Shown: piece by piece, positions 13,084-24,600 of the stretch
Layout: every line of letters begins with the position of its first letter
Numbering within the stretch: position 1 is the stretch's first letter
Origin: Phoronis australis
Taxonomy: Eukaryota; Animalia; Phoronida
Assembly: GCA_002633005.1 (NCBI GenBank)
Contig: NMRA01000071.1
Span: 748,449 to 812,448 of the forward strand
DNA: 64,000 nt
Direction of reading: 5' to 3'
Notes under the pieces: model-generated
The model's database searches: none
What the model was told of the DNA's origin: nothing
What the model saw: only the letters and a program-made list of their open reading frames with translations
Translations under genes and position numbers: made by a program

Positions 13084-14139
13084 TTAACTTACACAAGATT
13101 GACATCTTGAAGTTATTTGCTTTGACCAAAGGCAGAAAACAACATGATTCATTCTGTTGTGGTTTTGTGAGTCTTGATTCAAATCGCCAATTCTCGCCGT
13201 TGTCTGCTAGTCACTCGCTGAAATTGAGGCCCGTAACTTTCTGTTAAATGCGCTTAAACTACTTTAGCTACTTCATTAGCTGCACTAGTAAAGTGTAAGA
13301 AGTTACACTAGCAAAGTGTAAGAAGTTACACTAGCAAATTAACTAGTGTAAGACTGCCACCGCTGAGGTCAGGAGTTAAAATCAGTTTTGGGCTAATCTG
13401 AAAACACACTTTTCTGGTCGGTTGTGTCACTTTGAAGAAGAATTATATTTTTAAGTATTGTGCGCGTATTGTTCCAGAAACAGGATTTACTTTCGAAATA
13501 GTTTGGTATCAGTATGTCACATAGTTGAACTTTACGCAAGTAAAAAAACAAGCATCGATCAATTATTAACGGCTTTAGGTACGCAAATTAATTAGTAATT
13601 GTTCAGACAATGCACGTTGCTTTTATAATGGCAATTGCGCTCTTGGCACTATTTATTCACCTCAGTAAAACATGGCCGAAGACATCTGTAACGGAATGGT
13701 ACAAACTGTGGGCTACAGCGGGCACTGCGCTAAGTCTTTGTTTCATATTGTTTCTCTTTATTATTTTGAAGCTGATTGGTCAGGAATTACTTGAGTGAAA
13801 AGGACATTATTGTGAAACGAAAATTAATTCAATTTATTTATTTGAGTTCTAAAACCCTTTTCAAAGTTAATAAATGTTATTAAAATAAAATGGCTAAAAA
13901 TTAAAATAAGTTTACACCGTGAATAATTACCTCGCACAATTAACGTATGCAGCGGGGGGTGACGCCGACTCTGGCTGGCACGTGTAGGGGTAGCAGTAGC
14001 TGAGAGTGAAAGGCATATCTAATAAAACATGCAGGACTTAGAGAGAACTTTTAATACATCACCTGTCAACTACCTCTTTGTGGTTCTGACCAGAAAATGT
14101 TTAATAACGAGCCGCAGTCAGTGAGCGCTCTGACACCTT

Positions 14140-14508
14140 CTCCAACGACCCACGTCGTCAACCCCGGGCCCACTCCGGCGTCGCAAATAATCATGCTTGA
14201 ATGACGAAGTAAAATATTCCTTTTCGGTAACTTTTACCACCTTTGCTTATGGCGAACCCTTAGTACTGGTCATGAAGAATGAAAACGCAAGACGGCGCGA
14301 CGACTAGTTAGTTTCGGCCGGCGGCGTGCTCACCCGTAGCCGGCGGTCCGCCCGGGCCGCCGGAAAGTGACGGTGGCAGGTGCAGGCAACGCAACGACGA
14401 GGAAGTTTCGGCGGTTTTCCCTCGCGAAACAAAGTGTGTCGTTAAAATGCGCGTTTGCAGTTTACTCCATACATCGTGCCACTGTTGGAGCGCACAGGAC
14501 ATCACTCG
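14140..14508 (+). promoter_or_regulatory. CpG/GC-rich promoter region and probable non-coding first exon of the LOTUS-RRM-Tudor gene
   Basis: Local CpG-rich island (GGCCGGCGGCG, GCCCGGGCCGCCGGAAAG), ETS-like GGAAGT motif, donor CG|GTAGGC at 14509; the first coding exon is preceded by an acceptor at 15637-15638. Confidence 0.55.
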
Positions 14509-14825
14509 GTAGGCCTACCGGGTATTTCTAGAACTTCAGAAAGAGTACAAGTGTCAGCGACCAATAGATGTCTCTGTTGCAAACCAACACTAGGTGTCAC
14601 TGCTATCACAATGCCAGTTCCGGGCGAAACAAACGCATGCTTGTGAAGCTTCTTGTCTTGTCTCTTTCTTTTCACACAAGTATTCTTTAATTCTTTTCAA
14701 AGGCGAGGTATGCATAATCAACCTGAAAATTGGATAACCACGATCATCCCTATATGCCGAGTTAGAACGCTTGCAACAGTTGCAAAAATATCTTCTTTTC
14801 TGACAGTTCTGGTCCAAATTTAGCC

Positions 14826-15127
14826 TAGACCAACGGCGACAGTACCACCGACCGTTTCTTAGCAGTAGCCAAGTAGGGACGGTGGTGCCCCCGTAGGGCC
14901 GTTATACGTTGGAAGCTTTTCGAGGAATTATGCTTCACACTGATTAAACCATGATAGTCGCGCCGCTATAAGTACCGAAGGTGTCCCTCTGTGGGCGAAA
15001 GGTACTTATCGCAACGCGATTTGATGGTTTAATCTAACTTTAATCAGTCTTGAATCGAGGCATAATTTGCCGAAATGCTTGGAGCACCACCGTCTTTACT
15101 GTTAAGTAGAGATGGTGGCACTGTCTA
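14826..15127. mobile_element. Palindromic MITE with TAG...CTA termini and 9-bp TSD (AcademH-like)
   Basis: TAGAC...GTCTA ends; flanks AATTTAGCC / AATTCAGCC; arms are imperfect reverse complements; core GGAAGCTTTTCG..GAATTATGC..TAAACCAT shared with 55301-56229. Confidence 0.7.
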
Positions 15128-15644
15128 AATTCAGCCAACTTTGGATTATTGCTGATTATGAAATGTTCATGGGTTATCCGTCATTCCCCAAAACTCTTTT
15201 TAGGATTTGTGTTTAAATTATTGCAGTTTTGCTCAAGGGGCAATCAAAAGTGATTTTTCCTGGACAACTCATGATGTGAGAACTTGTAGACAAAAGCGTC
15301 GGAAATGATCAAAATGGGGACTGATTTAGAAGACTACATAGATTTCATCTTCATCTTTTATTACATTATCAATGAATCTGTCCTTATGTAGCTCATACTG
15401 CCCTAACACATGCCTTATATCACCTTCTGCGCTTTACTCTGGACCAATATTGTGCTTCATATTTCTATTATAAAAAATGTTAACATTCAAGTATTAGTTA
15501 ACGCCTTGTTATCTTTTTGTGTGAAAAATAACTTAAAATCAACACGATATCGTGGCAAAGAATACTACATGAACCCCTAGTTACATTTGGTGATTGACTG
15601 ATTGAAAATGTTACTTAATGGTTAAAAATTCATTTTAGGTATTG

Positions 15645-18600
15645 ATGGCATCTCCGACAGAAGTGTGTGTGCCAGAGGGTGTTCAGAAGGAGGTGCGTGC
15701 TGTCCTGTTATCCAAGATTGGTGGTGTCCCTCTCAAACAGTTCAACAATGACTTCAAGAGTTTGATAGGCCATCCCTTCAATTGGAGGGGCCTTGGCTTC
15801 TCTTCGCTTATTGACTGTGTTAAGGCCATGCCGAATGTTATAAGGTTGGTTCTTCATGTTCAGTGTTAGTCATCAAAAGTATTATTGTAGAGTGTTTTAT
15901 ATTTGCTAATGCATGGCAGCGGTTTGTTGGTCTTTTTTTTAAAACTACACATTTGGAGGTCACTGTGATAGACTGTAGGTTTGTGTTCTAGGATACAGCC
16001 CATTTTAAGATATAAGTCTTGCGATTTTATCTTTCCCGTGAACGAAGTAACTAGGAATTCATGGCCACGAGGTATATTTTGTGAATTGAAGTTTATAAAC
16101 AGTAATTGTGCTGCATCTTGCCTCATCTCTTTGTGTTTGATGCAACAAGTGTTCAACACATGGAGGAGTCTGATCAGTTGGTCATTTTTGTGCTGTTTTG
16201 TTTCTGTATTTTTATTTGTTTATTTTTGATTTTGTTTCTCTATATGTTAGTGTGCTGCATTTGTCTAATTGTATTTGGATATGTGTTTTAGGATCGACAG
16301 CAGCTCTGGTGAGACAAAACTTTACGGAATTGGTGATGGAACATCGTTCATGACTAAATCTCAAATCAAGGCAGCACGTGGAATGGTCTCCCCTGATCAT
16401 GTTGTCAAAAAGACTGATATCTCTGGTGCATTTGATGGTTAGTGGTGGGGAGGATCTTGGGTAAACAGGTTTCTGGAAGTAAATCTTGATTGAATAGGTT
16501 TCTTCTGATGAGGTGTTCTTGCTTTCTGTGGTCTCTGAAATTTGTGAAAAGCAGATTTGAAGTCTTTGCAACTAATGAGATGTGAGCACTAAATGTGTCA
16601 TTTTTAGTTGTAATAAATTCATATTTTGTGGAGGATGAATGATGGTCAGTTTGGTCAGTTTGGTCAGTCTGATTATCACTCGTAGCATTCTTCATGCACT
16701 ACATTATGATCATTTATTATTGTTTGATAACATCTAAATTATGACAATTGGCGATAAACCTTGTACGATAATTTTGTGTAACTCATGACAATTATTTAAT
16801 TATATGTTGCCATTGATATAGATAAATTCATGTAAAGAATTTGCCCAGATTGTGATCAACCAAAATTGCCTGTACAGGGGCCAAACATTCTGTTTGTTTC
16901 ATTGTATTTGAAAGCTCTTGGTCTATTTACCCCAACCTCATACCTATGTACATCTTTCGGTCATTTTTCTGCCATCTTCAAGCATTATAAGATTACAAGA
17001 TTTTAGATTTAGAGATACTATTTCATAAGTTAATTGCAGGAAATACTACAAATCTTTATTTTGTATCCATGGTGACTGGCAGTTCACACATTTGTGTCTC
17101 TTAGCAATATTCAGTGTCCTTTTCACTTTGTTTATATTTCAAAACTCACCTCAGAAAGGGATAACAATAGTAACATACATGTATATCTCAATGTTATTCC
17201 CTCAAATTTCTCCCCAAGTCTTGACATTGTTCTGTGTTAGAGCACTGTGTTTCCCTTCCTTTGCAGGCTCTGAGCCCGACCTGAGTAAGTTTGAGAAGTT
17301 CCTGCCGAACCTCAGTGGTCTGTACGCTGTCTGTATGAAGAGGGAGCCACAACACACTCAAGAGGTTATACTTACGTGACTCCATCCCTCACTGCAGTAT
17401 TTGTTGAGTTGCCTAGTAGACTTACTCACTATGAGTAATGACCAAAGCTAATCTTGCTCTGACTTTTCTGATTTTACAGTTTGTTCTTTTTGATTATTGA
17501 GCACAATTTAGACTGGTTCAACCATAATCAGTCCTTGTCTGCTTAGCTTAACATGATAATGTCATGAAATGAAAAGGCCTGGTTATTACTTTACTGTCGT
17601 TTGTGTAGACTTTTTTGTACATTCTGTTTTGAAAAATCTTTTTGCTTGTTTTGTTAACAGCCAACCTGTTCTCTTTCAGTCTGTTCGTGCGCTGTTCTCC
17701 ACTGTGGGACCAGTAGAGACTGTCAACTTCTCCAATCTGTGAGTTCATTAGAATGTGTGAAACCTGAATATACTTAGAAGCGTCAGCGTGGGTGAATTGT
17801 GTAATATGATTGTGTCCCAATTTTTCCAAGCTCTCCTTGTCACTAAACCTGGTTTCTGCCTATAAGGGCATACTTCTGCCTGTAAGGACATACTTCTGCC
17901 TGTAAGGGCATACTTCTGCCTGTAAGGGCATACCTCTGAAAAAATGACAATTCTTTCCATTTTTTCTTCTGGTTAGATGTATTCTGCACCATGTGCTGGC
18001 CGTTGTTAGTGATCAACACAGCTACGAGCATTTTGTTTACGGTGCAACCATGGACACTTTTCAATGCTGTATTTCTTCAAATTCATTGAATTTAAATGCA
18101 AATTAAGTTAAATTAAATTAAATACACCTGCTTTTCATTTTTCATATGTTTTGGTTTGTGTCTGATTGTGTCATATTTCGAGTTATATAATCTGTGAAAC
18201 TTGCCGTGATCATCGTGTCATTTTATTCCAGTTATGTGTTCATACGCTACGCTGAGAAGCTTCATGCTTGCCGTGCCATCATGAAGTTCAAGGACATAGG
18301 AGTCACCATACCCGTGGAGAGGTCGGCACGTACAAATTCACCTTCTCGAAATAAAAATACTAGTCAACTGGAAAGTTCTGGTCGCACAAAATTGCTTTCT
18401 CGGGGCAAACATGGTGGAGGGAAAAAGGGAAGTAGAGGTAAGTGTAATGAACGTGTCCTGGTCCAGCACAGCATGTGTATACAACACAGTGGTAGGATCA
18501 TAACAAAACAATTTCAATTGCAAATACAGACAATGCATGGTGTGCATTTGTTGGGATTAGTATTTCTTAGAAAGGAGCTGATCTCACTGGAATGTAATGA

Positions 18601-21600
18601 ACTCTGGAACCCTCCTTTTGGTCTCCATTGCACCACATTCACACAGCATTTTGTCCCTTGCAGTTCTCTTGTCTCCATTGCACCACATTCACACAGCATT
18701 TTGTCCCTTGCAGTTCTCTTGTCTCCATTGCACCACATTCACACAGCATTTTGTCCCTTGCAGTTCTTGTCCATGTGCTAGAATTTCAACACAGACTTAA
18801 GGCACAGTGAACTGGTAGTACTTGTCAGTTTTCATATTTTTGTTGTATTTTTCAAATCTCAGAGAAGTTTTAGGAATCATTTCATGAAACGTGCTAATGT
18901 ACTGAGTTTAGCTCAGAATTGACCAAAAAATGTTTTTTGAGACTTGAGAGCTTTCATTTTTACTTGAAAAAGCATAAAGTGTAAACCGAATCAGACATTG
19001 TACATACCTCACGACTTGCAATGAAGTGTTATGTTGCTTGTTTATCTCTTGATAAGTGTGGTTCTTTATTTAGCACTTACCTGTTCATCATCAGTTAAGT
19101 GCACATGGGATTACTAAAAAATAATCGACTGTCACAGGGCTGTTACAACTTGTTGTGAAGAATAACAGGTAATCGTGATAAGAATGTCTCAGTCATTATT
19201 CTGTGTCATCCTTTCAGATCGGCCTCCGCCAGCTGCTGCTGAGCCCTCTGTTGGAGTGCCATGTGTGTCTGATGATGAGATGCCCGAATTAGAAGCAGAT
19301 GAAGATTATTCACCTCCCCCTAGTGGTAGTGAGCAGAGTCTACCAGATGACAGCTGCAAACTGTTCTTAGGAAATATACCGCCTGATTTCACTGAGGTAC
19401 ATGAGATGAAAACTTAATTTTTTTATTTTATTTAGTTGTTCATGTATACCAAACTTAACGTCTGCTGCCATTTCATTCTACGCTATGTTTTTTTTGCCGG
19501 GACTCATTTGTTCCCATTCATTGTCCACCATTCATCTCTCACCGATCAGTAGTTGCTGTTTTTGTATACTTTGTGGTCGAATCTAATCAAAAAGTGTTAA
19601 CTTTCTGAATTGCTCATTTTGAATGCTTTCAGGCAAGCCTTTTGCGTCTGTTATCCAGTAAGAGAGTTGAGCGAGTGCAGGTGGTCAGGGAGGCCTTTAG
19701 ACCGTAAGTTAATCTACACCTCTCTGCCTCATGATGGAAGTTCATTCTATGTGTCAATGCTAGACAGACATGTTTGTTAACTTTTATCAGAAATTTCTCA
19801 ATGCAAAAACATTGATATTCACAAAGTGATTTTGCATCCAGATCCGCAGTTTATTTAAAAAAAAGTGTTTATGCACCCATATATTTATATGTGGATGCAT
19901 TGTGCCGTCATCTCTGTCCGTCTGTCTGGGCGGTGTCTTTTCGGCGTCTGCTGCTCTATCTCCAAAACGGGTTGACGTTTGTTCATGAAATTTTGCACAT
20001 GTGTTTCTTTCATGGATGGGACAGCATGAGCAAAGTTTCGGACGGATCCGACTACTGGTGTGCCCCCTAGTGGCAATTTTAATTTTTTACGTTTACTTCT
20101 GTATCTTCAAAGATCCTCAACATATTTTCATAAAATTTGGTATATAGGCATTTATTAGTGAGTCGACGGTATCCTCCTGTTTTTGGATGGATTTGATGTA
20201 GTTTGCGCCACCTAGTCGCCATTTTTACTGTTTTCGAGTCTGTTTTTAGCGTCCACCCCTCTATCAGCCAAACTGCTCTAAGCATGATTGTGAAAATTGG
20301 CATGTATGTTCTTACTATGAAGAGGGTGGTTGACGTTGATTTTGCGACTTTGACTACTGTGGCACCTCCTAGTGGTAGTTTTGTTATTTTGCGCATATGG
20401 CTATATCTCCTGAACCATTTGCAGGATCTTTACTAAGTTTAGTAAGTGCATTTTATGATGATGATAATGGACGACGACAACTTTGGAACAGATCTGACTA
20501 CTGGTGTGCCACCTTGTGGCAATTTTATTTGTTTACATTTATCTCTGTATCTTCAAAGGTCCTCAACGTATTTTTATAAAATTTGGTGTACAAGCTTCTG
20601 TTAGTGAGGTGACACTATCTTTCTGTTTTCAGATGGATTCGACCTAGTTTGCTAGGTTTGCCTAGTGGCCATATTTACTGATTTTGAGTCTGTTTTTTAA
20701 AGCCCACCCCTCAGTCAACCAAACTGCTTTCAGGATAATTGTAAAAATTGGCTTGTTTGTTTTTGCTATGAAGTGAACAGGTGACGACGATTTTCTGATG
20801 ACTTCGACTTATGTGGTGCCTCCTAGTGGCAGTTTCGTTTTTTTCGCCCATGGCTTTATCTCCTAAACCGTTTGCCGGATCTTCGTTAAATTTAATTACT
20901 AAGTTTATTTATATGAAGCTAACAATAGACATTGACTACTTTCAGGCGGATCCATTGAATAGTGTGCCCTTTTGTGGCAATTTCATTTTTTTCCTTTGTT
21001 TCTTTAAAGTTTCATGACGGATTTCTATGAAATTTAGTTAAGCTTACTATTAAAGAAGCAAGGACATGTTCCTGTTTTGGGATGGAATGTACGTTTTGCG
21101 CCATCTAGTGGCCATTTTTATGACACAAATAAACAACCCTAAAAGCACACCATTTGCGATGCATTTGTGTGCGCATTTCAACGCTCTGCGTTGCTCTTGT
21201 TTATAGTCTTTACTTGCCAGTCATCCTTGAACTTGAAATACCGACACGAGTTCACTTTGTTGATGGTTTTGCTTGGTAGAGAGAAGTTCAGTAACACCTT
21301 TATTGAAGTTCAGTAACACCTTTATTGTCAACTGGTCTGCACTATGCAGTACTGTGCTATGCAGTAGTGTGCTATGCAGTACTGTGCTATGCAGTACTGC
21401 GCTATGCAGTACTGTGCTATATGGTACTTCGCTAAGCGATACTGTACGATGCGGTAGACGTGTATTCTACTTTTCTCTGCAAAACTGCACTCTGCCATAC
21501 CATATTGTATTGCTCTTTCTTTCAGGTACGCCTATGCATACTGTCACAATGCCGACAATTTGAACTCCATTATTCAAGAGTTCAATGGCCTGAAGTTTGA

Positions 21601-24600
21601 AGGTCGCAGGCTTAAGGTTGCCAAATTCGTCCCCAAAGCTGTGCGTCGTGAGGCAATGTTTGAACAACTTGGGAGTACGAATGACACCAAATCAAAAGGT
21701 GGTGTTCAGAATATGAACTCTGACCACCAGAAGGCTGGAGCAGGTCTTACTGATGGTTGGTATACAGCACCACCTAGTGTGCGACATGGTGTGACATCGC
21801 GACTCCATTTGAGATTTTCAATCTAGACACTCTGGGGGTCGTGTCTTCATCAATTCTCTTCTTAGTTTTAATTGTAAAGTTGGCTATGTTGTGGTTTCCA
21901 TCGTCATGTGACTTTTCCTCAGTAGGTGTCTCTCTGTCAGTTGGCTCCCTATGACATGGCTTCACGATTGGGAAGTTCATGATCTGTTTTTTGTCTGTCA
22001 GAGGTCTCCTTGTATCAGCTTGCTGTGTATTAAATTCTGTATAATTTTGTGTCGCAGTAATTTTGGTGTTCTGTTTGAATCTTGTGTTTGGGCAAACAAG
22101 GTCTCTTCAGGCATTGTTACTGAGGCGACTGCGTGGGTGATTAGGAGGGTGAGAACGGTGTGTCAGGAGAACTGTGTCGGGTGATTATGTTGCTGCAAAT
22201 TTGGTCATTATTTTTATTCACTGGGATCAGTTCTTTTCTGCACTAATCTACTAACTTGTTGTTTATGTCTTGGTTTAGTCTTTGCATTTTTTGTTCATTG
22301 TGTTCTGTTCCTCATTGTTTCTATTCGCCATGTTAAGACAAAACAACAGAACTACTCTCCAAGAAGAACACCTATCAAAATCATGGCACCACCCGCAACA
22401 TAGACACAGGCACAGCCCTTAACAGAGACACAGACCTGACTGAGAAGGAGGATCAGGTGCGCAACAAAATGAAATCAGGCAAAAACAGCAAGATGAGAGA
22501 CGAACATGGTAGTGGTAGAGGTACAGATTTTGTTATGTTGATTTCTGACTTAAAAGTAGTGTTGCCACAGTTACATGCGTTGTTGTCTGTCTTGCTGCAT
22601 GTTTGCAGCAAATGTGTTGGAACATTTGCTGAATCTGCCTTGTTGAATGTTTACAACATAAAACCGAAAAGTATTTATCATTCTGGGATTTTTTCTTGGA
22701 GCAGCAAGTTTTTTTGAAAAGTCTCACTTGAAATGTGAAACTTGTATTTCATAGCTTGAATCTTAACGGTCTCAAGGATTGCGCCCCAGGATTGGACACT
22801 CAGCTCCGTAACATCACGCAACGCCATCTATTGAGTCACAATATGGAGGGTCTTGTCTGAAGTTTTTTAGAAATTGACTTTGCATTATATCTGCATTGTA
22901 TTTGCATTATATCGAGGTTCTCCTTTGCATTATATCGAGGTTCTCATCCACCCCCTTACATCCAGTCACTAGTAAGACGAAGCTCAGTGGAGTAGAAATG
23001 CAATGTTCAATTGTCTGTTCAATAAAGGCAGGATTCAAACCCGTGTCTCCCATAATAGAGTCAGATACTCAAACCACTGCACCACAGTCTCTCCTCTTGA
23101 ATTAACATAACATCCAAGTAACCCTGCTCATAGAGCTCCAGACATGCTTGTGTGGTTCTATAGTGTGCTGCTCACTCTTTGTATGTTACTCATTAACATT
23201 CATGGAGTAAATATGTACCACCTGCCATATTGTAAGTACACCAGTCTACATCACCTGCTTGTTGTTTTGTTTCCCAAATGTTCTTTTGTGTTGTGTGACA
23301 GATGCCCAATCAACAAGTCACTCAGGTAAGTTGCTAGGTATGTCGGTAAATCCCGCTACTGGACTTGTCGCACACTGGCTTAAGTCTAACATACATGTAG
23401 GCCTTGTGTAATGCTACTGCTTGACTGTCACTACAGTTCTTGTTAATATCACCGGCTTCACTAAGCTTGGATAACAGAGTGGGTTATATGTTATGAATTA
23501 ACCAGTTATCTAATTGGCACCAAATCATACGGTAGTTTTTTATTTTAATGTAGTTTTTTGATTTTTTAATTTGAAGCATATGTTGATTGTATTCCTTAGT
23601 TGGATTGCTTGTTAAACAATTACTTTTAAATTTTGTTACGCAGGCAATAAAAAACAAGCTGTTGTCACTAAAGTGACACCAGAGACCCCTGATGGAGACT
23701 TGAGGCCATTGTCAGAATTGCGCAATATCCCCCCACTTCTGTCCCAGGATGAATTAGCCATGGTGAATGGTTGTCATTCTAAAGGTATTCGCTCACCAGA
23801 CTTGCTGTTGTTGTGGTTATTGTCTGAAATGTTCTCGCTGATCCCTTTTATGTACTGAACAAATCTTAAGACCTTTGGTGCCTTGAAAACACTCTGATGT
23901 TCCTTCCTAACTGGAGGCTTCTTGCTATGAAACAATATTTTACTGTCTGTCACATTCTGGTGTGTCTCTCCTACTGCACACTGCTGCCCGCTGTTGTATT
24001 CTTGGTTAATTGCATGCTGATCCTGACTACTAAACCGTCTCCATTGTGATTGTTGCTATAGAATGTTGCTTTGCTCTGCATTCTCTTGTCAGTGCTCTAC
24101 CAGACTGTTTCTATGGTGACTGTCTACTGGAATGTGCTGGTGGTAATGTTAGATGCTGCTGCCCTCTGTTGGGTGTTATCTTAGTTTAACTTCTTGATAC
24201 AGCATGGTGTTACTTTCTATGTTCGTTTGTCTATATTTCCTTGGTGCTGTATGGGTTATCACTATGCTGTATGAGTTGCTGGTCTGTACTTGTATTTAAG
24301 TGTCTTGCTGTCTTTGTTCTGTTGGATATACGAGCACTCGCTGGGTCAAGGATGTACATTGTCATGGTGTTGTTTTAGTTGTACTTGAAACTTTGTTTTT
24401 AAATGTTCTATTGAAAAATAACGTGTATAGTTTAGCTGACTTATGGGAAATGAAAACATTCACTGCTTTGACGTGAGGAGATGCGCATTGTTTGGTTGTT
24501 CTCTGTGTGAACTTGATGTTGGTGTTATTGCCCACTCGACTATACTTGACGTATACATGCTGTTTGGACTACATTGTAGAGGACACAAAGCCTCGCCTCG

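Noticed and set aside
23025-23095. tRNA gene
   Set aside because: A and B boxes are present but there is no convincing cloverleaf; treated as a SINE head.
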